From positions 3,360,001 through 3,424,000 of the forward strand of contig CBDCKW010000009.1 in assembly GCA_965218435.1 (NCBI GenBank): a stretch of DNA of 64,000 nt, given 5' to 3'. This DNA comes from Truepera sp. GTDB taxonomy: Bacteria > Deinococcota > Deinococci > Deinococcales > Trueperaceae. The position numbers were made by a program, and so were the translations under genes. The notes below the pieces were generated by a model, which worked only from the letters and a program-made list of their open reading frames with translations, made no database searches and was not told where the DNA came from. Below are positions 55,092 to 63,947 of this stretch, one piece after another (position 1 is the first letter of the stretch; each line of letters begins with the position of its first letter).

Positions 55092-56380
55092 TATGCGTCC
55101 CCCCTGCGTTCTAAGAGCATCGCGTGACCGAGCCCACCCGCCGCGCACGCTGTGACGAGCGCCAGTTGACCGTCTTCGTCATGCAGCCGCTCTGCGGCCA
55201 TCGTCAGCAAACGGGTGCCGGTTGCGCCGAATGGGTGTCCGAGCGAGAGCGAGCCGCCCCAGAGGTTGAGTTTGTTCATGTCTACCTCGCCGACACGTTG
55301 CTTCCGGCCCAACCGTTTTTTGGCAAACGCGTCCGATTCTATCGCTCGCAGCACTGCCAACACCTGACCGGCGAACGCTTCGTGCAGTTCAATCACGTCT
55401 ACGTCACCCAGCGTGACGCCTGCTCGGTCTAACACCTGCGGCGTGGCGTAAGCCGGACCTAACAGAAGTTCTTCGCCGGGGTCTTGAGCGACAAAGGTAT
55501 ACGCGCCTAACTGCGCCATTGGGGTCAAACCTTGCGCTTTCGCCGCCTCTTCTTCCATCAGCAGCACAGCTGACGCGCCGTCCGTTAGGGGTGACGAATT
55601 GCCCGCTGTGACCGTGCCGAACGGTTTGACGAACACGGGTTTTAGGGACGCGAGTTTTTCGGGGCTCGAGTCCGCCCGAACCGTGTTGTCATCTGTGAGC
55701 AAGCCGAACTTCGGCGGGACGGCGGTCGGCATCACGTCCTCGAGTTTGCCCGCCTCGGTCGCCGCCGCCGCCAGCCGGTGCGAGCGCAGCGCGTAATCAT
55801 CTTGCTCCTGCCGCAAGACTCCGAACGCCGCCGCGAGTTTGTCGGCGCTCTCACCCATCGTTTCACCCGTCGAGTATTCAGCCACTTTGGGCGCTTTCGG
55901 CAGCAGGTCGGATGGCGACAGTCCCTGTAAGAGCTTGCGGTACTCCAAAGGTGAACCATACTTTTGCGACTCGTAGAGGCGCTTTCTAACCTCTATAGGA
56001 AACTGCGGCGGCGTGTCGGATAAGACCTCGACGCCCCCGGCGATGGCGACGTCGGTTTGCCCGGAGCGGATGGCTTCAGCGGCGCTCACGACCGCTTGGT
56101 TCGCTGAAATACAGGCCATCGTCACGGTATGGGCGGGCGTCCGGTGCGAAAACCCGGCACCCAATGAGGCGTCACGCGCGACGTTGCTCGTCGAGACGTT
56201 TTGCACGACGTTGCCCATCACCACGAGGCCGATGTGCTCAGGCGTTAAGCCTGTTTTATCCAAGATGCCGCGCAGCGCCAGCCGCGCCAGATCGTACGAC
56301 GTCAGTCCCAGATAGTCCGTTCCGGAGCGGCGAAACGGTGTGCGGAGGCCCGCGATCAAAACGACTTTACGTTGCGTCAT
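55091..56380 (-). CDS. fadI: Acetyl-CoA C-acyltransferase (thiolase, FadI type)
   Basis: TMACISAN, ELHEAFA, GHPFGATG, ACAAGG. Confidence 0.92.
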   Translation of the reverse strand: MTQRKVVLIAGLRTPFRRSGTDYLGLTSYDLARLALRGILDKTGLTPEHIGLVVMGNVVQNVSTSNVARDASLGAGFSHRTPAHTVTMACISANQAVVSAAEAIRSGQTDVAIAGGVEVLSDTPPQFPIEVRKRLYESQKYGSPLEYRKLLQGLSPSDLLPKAPKVAEYSTGETMGESADKLAAAFGVLRQEQDDYALRSHRLAAAATEAGKLEDVMPTAVPPKFGLLTDDNTVRADSSPEKLASLKPVFVKPFGTVTAGNSSPLTDGASAVLLMEEEAAKAQGLTPMAQLGAYTFVAQDPGEELLLGPAYATPQVLDRAGVTLGDVDVIELHEAFAGQVLAVLRAIESDAFAKKRLGRKQRVGEVDMNKLNLWGGSLSLGHPFGATGTRLLTMAAERLHDEDGQLALVTACAAGGLGHAMLLERRGDA

Positions 56381-56449
56381 GGCTTTACTTTACTCGCTGG
56401 CTAGAGAAAAAGCGTCGGCTGCTTCGTCATTCGTATAAAATAAGGTGCG

Positions 56450-57034
56450 TCAGCGGCCTGCTTCGACCCGGAGCCCGTCTTCGCCCAGGTAGGTCACCGC
56501 GGCTAGCGAAACGACTGGAACACGGAGGCTAGCGAGTGCTTGACGTCCCCCTTGAAAGGTCTTTTCTACGACGCAGCCGACCCCCAACAGTTCGGCCTCG
56601 CAGCGGCGAATCAGCTCAGCGAGCGCCAAAATCGTCTCGCCCGAGGCTAAAAAATCGTCTATCAGCAGGACCCGGTCGCCCGCCGTGACGTACTCGGGGG
56701 AGAGGTAGAGCGGCGTCACGCCGCCTTTGGTACGGCTGGGGGCACTCGCGCTGAGCGCGTCGGGCATCGTAACCGGGCGCTTTTTACGGGCGTAAACGAC
56801 TGGGACACCCAGCGCGACGCCGGTTGCCAGCGCGGGCGCGATGCCGCTCACCTCAGCGGTGACGACTTTGCTGACGTCCGTCACGCCTAGCGCAGCGAAG
56901 CGCTCAGCAAACGCTCGTCCTAGCTCGAGCGTCAAGTCGGGCTCGAGCCGGTGGTTGATAAACCCGTCAACTTTTAAGATATTGCCTTTTAGTGCCCGAC
57001 CTTCTGCAGCAATGCGCACAACCAAACGTTCCAT
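56450..57034 (-). CDS. xpt: Xanthine phosphoribosyltransferase
   Basis: ILKVDGFINH, ARKK, LIDDFLASG, VEKTFQ. Confidence 0.9.
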   Translation of the reverse strand: MERLVVRIAAEGRALKGNILKVDGFINHRLEPDLTLELGRAFAERFAALGVTDVSKVVTAEVSGIAPALATGVALGVPVVYARKKRPVTMPDALSASAPSRTKGGVTPLYLSPEYVTAGDRVLLIDDFLASGETILALAELIRRCEAELLGVGCVVEKTFQGGRQALASLRVPVVSLAAVTYLGEDGLRVEAGR

Positions 57035-57419
57035 ACTCCCTAGCGTAACGGTTCAGTAACCCGGTTGGGTGGTCCTCGAGCCTTATTACCCAAACTCAGC
57101 ACAAACCCCTGTCTCCAAAATAGTGCATCCAGTAATCAAGCTAAACCCAGCTGGAAACGTCTTAATAAACGCTGTAATCAAAAACCTGCACAAGTTGCGT
57201 ATTTTCTACCAAACTGGTAGACTTAATGAATTCAACCGACCGGTAGCACTTTTCGGAAGGCTATGCTAGCATTGTGTCGGGCCGGACAGTTGGCCGGGTA
57301 CTAGTGCCCGGTATACTACCTCCAGCCGCACGAACGGTCCTCTACCGCGCACACGAGTCCCGCTTCGTTCAACCTACCTAAATCTGCGCGAACTTACCTA
57401 CCTATTAGGGGGAAACACA

Positions 57420-57590
57420 ATGAAAAAATTAGCTCTTCTTCTGTCCATCGGTGCTCTTCTTGCTTTCGGCGCAGCTCAAACCATGTCGGGTGGCATGATG
57501 TCGGGTGGCATGATGTCCGGCGGTATGATGTCCGGCGGTATGATGTCGGGTGGCATGATGTCCGGCGGTATGATGTCGGGTGGCATGTAA
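57420..57590 (+). CDS. 56-aa secreted Met/Gly-rich pentapeptide-repeat peptide: MKKLALLLSIGALLAFGAAQT(MSGGM)x7
   Basis: Below the ORF-track cutoff; translated by hand. AGGGGG RBS, classical signal peptide, only synonymous variation between repeat units, followed by a terminator. Confidence 0.85.
   Translation: MKKLALLLSIGALLAFGAAQTMSGGMMSGGMMSGGMMSGGMMSGGMMSGGMMSGGM
57483..57587 (+). repeat. 7 x 15-bp coding tandem repeat
   Basis: Units ATGTCGGGTGGCATG (A) and ATGTCCGGCGGTATG (B) in the order A A B B A B A. Confidence 0.95.
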
Positions 57591-57608
57591 GCCGGAGTAA
57601 CATCCGTT

Positions 57609-57640
57609 GGGGGGCGCTGGGTTACCGGCGTCCCTTTTTT
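57609..57640 (+). terminator. Intrinsic terminator after the MSGGM peptide gene
   Basis: GGGGCGCTGG-TTA-CCGGCGTCCC-like stem followed by T6. Confidence 0.75.
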
Positions 57641-57780
57641 ATTGTCTAGTAGTTTACGAGGACCGGTTACCCAAGTAGTTGTTGCCACAAACACTGTTGC
57701 CAATGCCGTGACAGCCATGTACCGGCTGACACACCGGCGGTAGCTAGCCGAGCAGCGAGCACCTACGGTAAAGTGGCGGG

Positions 57781-58350
57781 GTGCCGAGTGGACGCGCCCA
57801 CGAATCAATCAACCTGCTGGTTTACGGGGCAGCCGCAGTCTTATACGCGTATGCACGGCAAGAAGGCTTAACAGCCGAGTTCGACACTGTTCTTGCACCG
57901 CAAACGCTTAAAACGTTTACCCTCAGCTACCTCGTCGGGACATTTCTGGTTACGCCGGACCTTGACCTGGCTGAAAACCGGGTGCAGGCGCGGAACAACT
58001 GGGGGCTGCTGGGGCTGCTCTGGGTTCCTTACGGCGCACTCTTTAGCCACCGCGGACTCTCACACACTTGGATTGTCGGGCCGCTGACGCGGCTACTCTA
58101 CCTTGCAGGTCTTGGTTTGGCGTTCTCATGGGCAGCGGCGCAGGTCGGGCCGTACTTCGGTTATGGGTTTTCGTTCTCCGCTAAGCTCTCGCAAAACTGG
58201 CCTGAGCTTGCCACTGGCGCGTTGGCAGGGTATTACCTGTCGCAGTGGCTACACTTGCTAGCTGACGGAATTCGCCCGGATCACGGGTTTAAGCGGAGTA
58301 GTAGAAACAAGCGCGGCTCGAGGCGCACCCCCAAACGCTCGAGACGCTAA
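57781..58350 (+). CDS. DUF2227-like putative metal-binding membrane protein
   Basis: PSGRAH, TPDLD, WVPY...HRGLSH...GPLTR, WLHLLAD. Confidence 0.8.
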   Translation: MPSGRAHESINLLVYGAAAVLYAYARQEGLTAEFDTVLAPQTLKTFTLSYLVGTFLVTPDLDLAENRVQARNNWGLLGLLWVPYGALFSHRGLSHTWIVGPLTRLLYLAGLGLAFSWAAAQVGPYFGYGFSFSAKLSQNWPELATGALAGYYLSQWLHLLADGIRPDHGFKRSSRNKRGSRRTPKRSRR

Positions 58351-58469
58351 CCTCTCAGTCTGGTTTGGACGCCTAAAGCAACGCTCGGAGTAACCGAGTG
58401 TAAAGTGCTTGAAGGTAAAGCGTTGGGCGCAAAGTCCCGGGTGCAAAGTGTCGCGTGGTATCTTGTGCC

Positions 58470-59594
58470 ATGACCCAAAAAATGACGACAAAATCCGCAT
58501 GGACGTCCCCAGTCGCCATCTTTACACTTTGTTTGTTTATACTGTGCGCGGCGCTCGGCTCGGCCTCGGCGCAAGCTGCCCCTAAAAGCTCGTGGACCTG
58601 CCCGGAAGGGTTTGCCGGACAAAAGCTCAACATCTACAACTGGACGAGTTACATCGCCGAGGACACGGTCCCTAACTTTGAAAAGCTCTGCGGGGTTAGC
58701 GTCACTTACGACACTTACCCGAGTGAAGATGACCTCTTGGCGCGGATTCGGCAAGGGAACCCCGGCTACGACATCATCGTTCCAAGCGGGGTCGTGACCT
58801 CTCCGCTGATTGCCGAAGGGCTGTTAGAGCCGCTCGACAAGTCGAAAATTCCCAACCTCGCCAACCTCAACACCTCGCTGTTAGACCAATCCTTTGACCC
58901 CGGTAACGAGTACACCCTGCCGTATCAGTGGGGGACGGTCGGCATCGGCTACAACAAAACCAAGGTCGGGGCCGAAGTGACCGGTTGGGCCGACCTGTTT
59001 GCGTACGACGGACCGGTGGCGTGGCTCGAGGACATTCGGGGCATGATGGGGACGGCTTTAGTCATGCTCGGCCTGGACCCCAATACCAAAAGTCCCGACG
59101 AAATCGCTCAGGCCCGCGATTACCTTGTAGATCACGGTAACAATGTCGTCTATATCGCCCAAGATGACGGTCAAGAGGTGCTTGCTCGGGGCGAAGCTGA
59201 TATGGTGATCGAGTATTCCGGTGACATCTTTCAGATCATGGACGAGTGCGGTTGCGACGACTACGCTTACGTGATTCCCAAAGAGGGCGCGTATTTTTGG
59301 GTGGACAATATAGCAATTCCGGTCGGGGCACCCAACAAGGCGCTCGCCGAGGTCTTTATTGACTACCTGCTCGACCCGCAGGTGGGCGCGGACCTGTCGA
59401 ACTACACCGCTTACGGGTCACCGAACCAGGCTGCCATCGACCAAGGGCTGATTGACCAAGACCTGCTAGACGACCCCGCCATCTATCCACCGGCTGACGT
59501 TGAGAAACGGCTCTACTCGATTGTCAACGACCCTGAGCTCGAGCGGCTCTACAACGACGCGTGGGACGAAGTAAAAATCTACGTCGGCGGTTAA
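58470..59594 (+). CDS. Polyamine ABC transporter substrate-binding protein (PotD/PotF-like)
   Basis: Signal peptide, LNIYNWTSYI, GYDIIVPS, PYQWGTVGI, PKEG, WVDN. Confidence 0.9.
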   Translation: MTQKMTTKSAWTSPVAIFTLCLFILCAALGSASAQAAPKSSWTCPEGFAGQKLNIYNWTSYIAEDTVPNFEKLCGVSVTYDTYPSEDDLLARIRQGNPGYDIIVPSGVVTSPLIAEGLLEPLDKSKIPNLANLNTSLLDQSFDPGNEYTLPYQWGTVGIGYNKTKVGAEVTGWADLFAYDGPVAWLEDIRGMMGTALVMLGLDPNTKSPDEIAQARDYLVDHGNNVVYIAQDDGQEVLARGEADMVIEYSGDIFQIMDECGCDDYAYVIPKEGAYFWVDNIAIPVGAPNKALAEVFIDYLLDPQVGADLSNYTAYGSPNQAAIDQGLIDQDLLDDPAIYPPADVEKRLYSIVNDPELERLYNDAWDEVKIYVGG

Positions 59595-59602
59595 GGTTAC
59601 GT

Positions 59603-60733
59603 GTGGCCGTACCCGCCCAAACCGTGACCAAGGTAGCCGCCGTCGAGCTGAGCGGCGTCAACAAAACCTATCTGGATTCGCGGAGCGGTAGCACCGTTCA
59701 GGCGCTGAACGACGTGTCGCTCACCATCCGCGAGGGTGAGTTCTTCGCGCTGTTGGGACCGTCAGGGTGCGGTAAAACGACGACACTCCGGTCTATCGCC
59801 GGATTCGAGCAACCCGACACCGGTACGATCCTGATTCGGGGACGAGCGGTGCAGGGGATTCCGCCGTTTCACCGCCCCGTCAATACGGTGTTTCAGGACT
59901 ACGCGCTCTTCCCACACATGAGCGTGCTACAAAACGTGATGTTCGGCCTCAAAATGGCGAAGGTACCCCGTCAAGAGGCTCGGCAGCGGGCGACGGACGC
60001 ACTAGAACTCGTCCAACTGCCTCAGGTGGCATCTCGGAAACCCTCACAGCTTTCGGGTGGGCAGCGGCAACGGGTCGCGCTCGCTCGAGCACTCGTCAAC
60101 GAACCCGCTGTTTTGCTGCTAGACGAACCGCTCGGCGCACTCGACCTTAAACTCCGCAAAGCGATGCAGCTCGAGCTCAAAGAACTGCAGACCCGCGTCG
60201 GCATCACCTTCGTCTTTGTCACCCACGACCAAGAAGAAGCCCTGACGATGGCTGACCGTATCGCGGTGATGGACGGCGGGCGTGTGCTCCAAGTCGGCCA
60301 ACCCGCCGAGATCTACGAACACCCCGCTGACCGTTTCGTCGCCAACTTCATCGGTGAAACGAACTTTCTTAACGGGACGCTTGTAGGGCGTAGCGGCGAA
60401 CTAGGTGACCTCAAACTCGCCGACGGGCGCGTGCTCTGTGTGCCGTTGGGTGGGCATGACCTTAAGCCAGGAGATTCCGTCACGCTCTCGGTACGGCCTG
60501 AACGGGTGAGGCTGGGGGCCAGTCACCTTACTCCGTCTGACTTAGCCCGAACCTACCTCACCGCCAAAATCGCCGAAGTTCACTACCTGGGAACCGACAC
60601 GCGCTACGACCTGGTGTCGGGTAGTACCTCCCTGACAGCGCGGCAGCAAAACGCTGAAGGTGAGGCAGCCTTCCGTGTCGGCGATGAGGTCACCGCGTCT
60701 TGGCGGACGCTGGGCGCGTCGCTCGTCCGCTAG
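59603..60733 (+). CDS. Polyamine ABC transporter ATPase (PotA-like)
   Basis: GPSGCGKTT, VNTVFQDYALFPH, LSGGQ, LLLDEPL, TOBE domain; likely GTG start at 59603. Confidence 0.92.
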   Translation: MAVPAQTVTKVAAVELSGVNKTYLDSRSGSTVQALNDVSLTIREGEFFALLGPSGCGKTTTLRSIAGFEQPDTGTILIRGRAVQGIPPFHRPVNTVFQDYALFPHMSVLQNVMFGLKMAKVPRQEARQRATDALELVQLPQVASRKPSQLSGGQRQRVALARALVNEPAVLLLDEPLGALDLKLRKAMQLELKELQTRVGITFVFVTHDQEEALTMADRIAVMDGGRVLQVGQPAEIYEHPADRFVANFIGETNFLNGTLVGRSGELGDLKLADGRVLCVPLGGHDLKPGDSVTLSVRPERVRLGASHLTPSDLARTYLTAKIAEVHYLGTDTRYDLVSGSTSLTARQQNAEGEAAFRVGDEVTASWRTLGASLVR

Positions 60734-60742
60734 ACTGACAGT

Positions 60743-61843
60743 ATGACCCCAGCCCAAACTACCCGCCGCATCCGGGTGCTGACCCTTTCCGGTAGTCCTT
60801 TCGAGATAGGCTACGCGCACGGAGCCGCGCACAAAGACGCGATTCGCCACTTTGCCGACGAGCGGGTTCGGCTGAGCGGCGACCCACTCTGGACGGGCCG
60901 GACGCTTTCCCGAACCGAAGTTTTAGACCTCGCTGAAGCGTGCCTAACCGAACACGAACGCTACGCCCCCGAGCTGGTCGAAGAGTTGCGCGGGATGGCG
61001 GCGGCCACTGCCCTGACTTTGGCTGAACTTTTAATCGTCAACGGCTTTACCGATTTTATTGACACCGTGCATCACGTCGGTCCCGGCACTGTGCAACCCG
61101 CCGCGCCGGTTGGGGCGGACAACTGCACCGCGTTCTTGGTTCCCAACAGTCTTGCAAACGGCCAGGGCTTTTTCGGTCAAACCTGGGATATGCACGACAG
61201 CGCGACGCCGCACGTGATTTTGCTGCGTGGCGAGCCCGAAGCTGCCCCCGCATTTTTGTGCTTTACGACCGTCGGTTGTGTCGGGATGATTGGCATGAAC
61301 GAAGCCGGGGTTGCGGTCGGTATCAATAACTTGCTCGGCGCGGATGGACAGATTGGCGTCACGTGGCCGTTCGTCGTGCGGAAGATGCTGCAAGCTGAAA
61401 CGGCTGAGGCTGCCCTGGAAGCCCTCCAAAATGCGCCGCTTGCCGGAGCGCACAACTACCTCATCATGGACCGCGCCGGAACCGGCTACAACGTCGAGGC
61501 GAGTGCGACCGTAGAGCATGTGACGCCACTAGGGACCGAACCCGTCATCCACACCAATCACTGTCTGGTCGAGGCGACGAGACGCGCCGAACGTCCTCGA
61601 GACGCCTTTTCACTCAGCTCATCCGAAGCGCGAGCGGCGCAGGCTCAGGAGTTGCTCGGCGGCGAAGAGGTCACCATAGAAGATTTGCAAGAGCTAACCC
61701 GTGACGATATCATCTGTGTGCGCTCGGCCGCGCCCAAACACATCGAGACGTGCGGCGCGGCTATTATGCGGCCTGCGACCGGCGACTTTTGGATGGCGTG
61801 GGGGCGTCCGGCGGAGCATCCGTATGAGCACTTCCGCCTCTGA
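60743..61843 (+). CDS. C45-family autoproteolytic Ntn hydrolase / acyltransferase
   Basis: GSPFEIGYAHG, nucleophile NCTA, GQTWD, GMNEAG, HTNH. Confidence 0.85.
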   Translation: MTPAQTTRRIRVLTLSGSPFEIGYAHGAAHKDAIRHFADERVRLSGDPLWTGRTLSRTEVLDLAEACLTEHERYAPELVEELRGMAAATALTLAELLIVNGFTDFIDTVHHVGPGTVQPAAPVGADNCTAFLVPNSLANGQGFFGQTWDMHDSATPHVILLRGEPEAAPAFLCFTTVGCVGMIGMNEAGVAVGINNLLGADGQIGVTWPFVVRKMLQAETAEAALEALQNAPLAGAHNYLIMDRAGTGYNVEASATVEHVTPLGTEPVIHTNHCLVEATRRAERPRDAFSLSSSEARAAQAQELLGGEEVTIEDLQELTRDDIICVRSAAPKHIETCGAAIMRPATGDFWMAWGRPAEHPYEHFRL

Positions 61844-62453
61844 GCTGGTTTTGACGACGCTCAGGGCCGAACATGCGGCGGGGCTCGAGCAACTCCAAAT
61901 CGCCTGTTTCCCAACGCTTGCCCCTCATGAGTGGATGCGCCGAGAGCACTTCCTAAGTCACGCTAAGCTCTTTCCTGAAGGCAACTTTGTCGTGTTAGAC
62001 GGTGAGAAGGTCGTCGGACTCGGGTCGGGGTTTTTGACCGACTTTGATTTTACGGCGAAACATACCTTTTGGGAAACGGTTTCTGGAGGCTTTTACACGC
62101 GCCACGACCCGAACGGCGCGTGGTACTACGGCGGCGACATCAGCGTACATCCGGAGTACCGGAGTTTCGGCCTCGGGCGCAAACTTTACGACGCGCGTAA
62201 AGAGGTCGTGAAACGGCTGGAGCGGCGGGGCATCGTTGCAGGAGGGATGCTGCCGGGGTACGCGGCGCACAAATCGGCGCTGAGTGTTCACGACTACGTT
62301 CAAAAAGTCGTTGCCGGTGAGCTGAGCGACCCGACGCTCAGCTTTCAGCTTAAAAACGGGTTTGAAGTGCGCGGACTGCTGGAAAACTATCTGGACGATG
62401 AAGCTTCAGATGGATGGGCAACGCTGATTGTCTGGGAAAATCCAGACATGTAG
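61824..62453 (+). CDS. GNAT family N-acetyltransferase
   Basis: SVHPEYRSFGLGRKLYDARK, DPTLSFQLKNGF; likely ATG at 61824. Confidence 0.85.
   Translation: MSTSASELVLTTLRAEHAAGLEQLQIACFPTLAPHEWMRREHFLSHAKLFPEGNFVVLDGEKVVGLGSGFLTDFDFTAKHTFWETVSGGFYTRHDPNGAWYYGGDISVHPEYRSFGLGRKLYDARKEVVKRLERRGIVAGGMLPGYAAHKSALSVHDYVQKVVAGELSDPTLSFQLKNGFEVRGLLENYLDDEASDGWATLIVWENPDM
62357..62444 (+). repeat. 88-bp direct repeat, copy 1 (GNAT 3' end)
   Basis: Hand alignment to 63845-63932 gives 73/88 identical with no gaps. Confidence 0.9.
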
Positions 62454-62482
62454 CTCTGAAACGTTAGGGTGACGGCTCATGC

Positions 62483-63091
62483 TTACCGCTTTGCACTAAC
62501 CGCGTACCGCTCGTCACTGACTTCGCCACCCCACAAATCTTGAATAGGACTCAGCTCAATAACCTCTACAGCTTTGAACTTTTCGGGGAGCATACTGACA
62601 ACTTCTTTTGCCTTTAAGCCTGCGCCCGTTGTCCAGGAGCCTTCAATCAGAAACATCTCACCCGCTGGCGTCAACAGATCGGCCCAGCGTTTTAACACCT
62701 CTTTAGGCTCGGGCAACGTCCATAAGATGTGACGACAAATTACGTAATCAAATCTTCCTTTGGCGACTGCGGGCTGGGCTGCGTCCATCACTCTAAAGTC
62801 AATAACTACGCCGCGCTGCTTCGCCTTTGCTCTAGCTAATTCAATCATTTTAGGTGAGCAGTCAATACCAACGACTGTATGCCCAGCTTGGGCCAGCAAC
62901 ACGCTGATTGAGCCTGTGCCACACCCTATATCAACAATCTTTGCTTTTGGCTTCGTTAGCCACTGGTCTAATAGGCTCTTCCAAGCCTTTTCTGTGTCAG
63001 GTTGAGCCATACCATGATCTGGCTGCTCATCAAATGAGGCAGCCTCTTCGTCCCACACATAGCGAGTTTGGGTTAAGTAATCTTCTTCCAT
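62483..63091 (-). CDS. Class I SAM-dependent methyltransferase
   Basis: VDIGCGTG, GIDCSPKMI, FDYVICRHILW; more AT-rich than neighbours. Confidence 0.9.
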   Translation of the reverse strand: MEEDYLTQTRYVWDEEAASFDEQPDHGMAQPDTEKAWKSLLDQWLTKPKAKIVDIGCGTGSISVLLAQAGHTVVGIDCSPKMIELARAKAKQRGVVIDFRVMDAAQPAVAKGRFDYVICRHILWTLPEPKEVLKRWADLLTPAGEMFLIEGSWTTGAGLKAKEVVSMLPEKFKAVEVIELSPIQDLWGGEVSDERYAVSAKR

Positions 63092-63198
63092 TAAAACAGC
63101 TTAGCAAATGAACCGGTCATATTAAGAGTTAGTGCCTGACTCTGCTTACTGCCTGCTCTCAGTCCACCACCCAAGGATTACCCTGCTAAAGTACAAGG

Positions 63199-63672
63199 GT
63201 GAAGCCCAGTGTGTATATTGAGACCACCGTCATCAGCTACTTAACGTCAAAACCGAGCCGTGACCTGATTATCGCGGCGCAACAGCAAATCACGACAGAC
63301 TGGTGGGACTCTGTGCGCTCTGAAGTAGACTGTTATGTATCTCCCTTTGGGATTCAGGAGGTGTCGCGTGGTGATAAAAGCCAAATAGAGCTTCGCCGTA
63401 CGGTCATTCGTGACATGTCTGTACTTGCCCTTAACGAAGTTATAAGGGAGCTGGCAGCCAAGTACGTTTCGGCACTTGGGTTGCCCGAACGAGCGACGCT
63501 CGACGCCTTCCACCTTGCTGTTGCCTCTTAGTACAACGTGGACTACGTGCTGAGTTGGAACTGCAAACACATTGCCAGCGGACGCGTTCAAAAAGTTTTG
63601 CAAAACCTCAACCGGAGTTTAGACATTCACACACCCGTTTTATGTACACCCCAAGAACTTATGGAGGTTTGA
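63199..63672 (+). pseudogene. PIN-domain (VapC-like) nuclease interrupted by an in-frame TAG
   Basis: VYIETTVISYL ... LDAFHLAVAS*YNVDYVLSWNCKHIA...PVLCTPQEL; stop at 63529-63531, and the frame continues to TGA 63670-63672. Confidence 0.85.
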
Positions 63673-63673
63673 A

Positions 63674-63853
63674 ATGTGGGAAGACGCAATCGTTAAAGAG
63701 GTTCGTAAAGTACGCCTCGAGCTCGAAAAAGAAGCCGATTACGATGTGTCAACGCTCTACCAACGGGCGCTCGAGGTTCAAAATAAGGTCAAAGCAAAAC
63801 TCGTTTTGGAACCGCTACCTAAACTAGCGATCACTACTCCAAATCGGGTTTGA
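63674..63853 (+). CDS. 59-aa putative partner/antitoxin of the PIN protein
   Basis: Hand-translated MWEDAIVKEVRKVRLELEKEADYDVSTLYQRALEVQ...; GGAGG RBS; starts 1 nt after the PIN stop. Confidence 0.7.
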   Translation: MWEDAIVKEVRKVRLELEKEADYDVSTLYQRALEVQNKVKAKLVLEPLPKLAITTPNRV

Positions 63854-63947
63854 GGTGCGCGGGCTTTTGGAAAACTACTTGGACGATGAAGCTTCGGACG
63901 GTTGGGCGACGCCGAGTGTTTAGGAGAATCCAAGTCAAGTCGCGTGA
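63845..63947 (+). pseudogene. Displaced, decaying 3' fragment of the GNAT gene (repeat copy 2)
   Basis: Reads GFEVRGLLENYLDDEASDGWATPSV*ENP against the intact GFEVRGLLENYLDDEASDGWATLIVWENP. Confidence 0.8.

Noticed and set aside
55092..55148. N-terminal extensions in the ORF track for fadJ (similarly ndk, potA-like, GNAT, metallophosphoesterase)
   Set aside because: They overlap upstream genes or promoters; downstream starts fit stop-start coupling or -10 spacing better.
57035..57260. Purine riboswitch upstream of xpt
   Set aside because: No recognisable aptamer on the xpt strand, and xpt has a -10 element 7 nt before its ATG, suggesting no leader.
57483..57587. Repeat array as a CRISPR
   Set aside because: Contiguous 15-bp units with no spacers and no cas genes.
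57476..57808. Minus-strand ORF with PPDIM/PPDII repeats (also 57394-57603)
   Set aside because: Antisense shadow of the MSGGM gene. Unit variation is non-synonymous in these frames, while the RBS, signal peptide and terminator are on the plus strand.
63529..63531. Pyrrolysine or programmed amber readthrough in the PIN gene
   Set aside because: No pyl genes in the window, and TAG is a normal stop for many genes here; a nonsense mutation is simpler.
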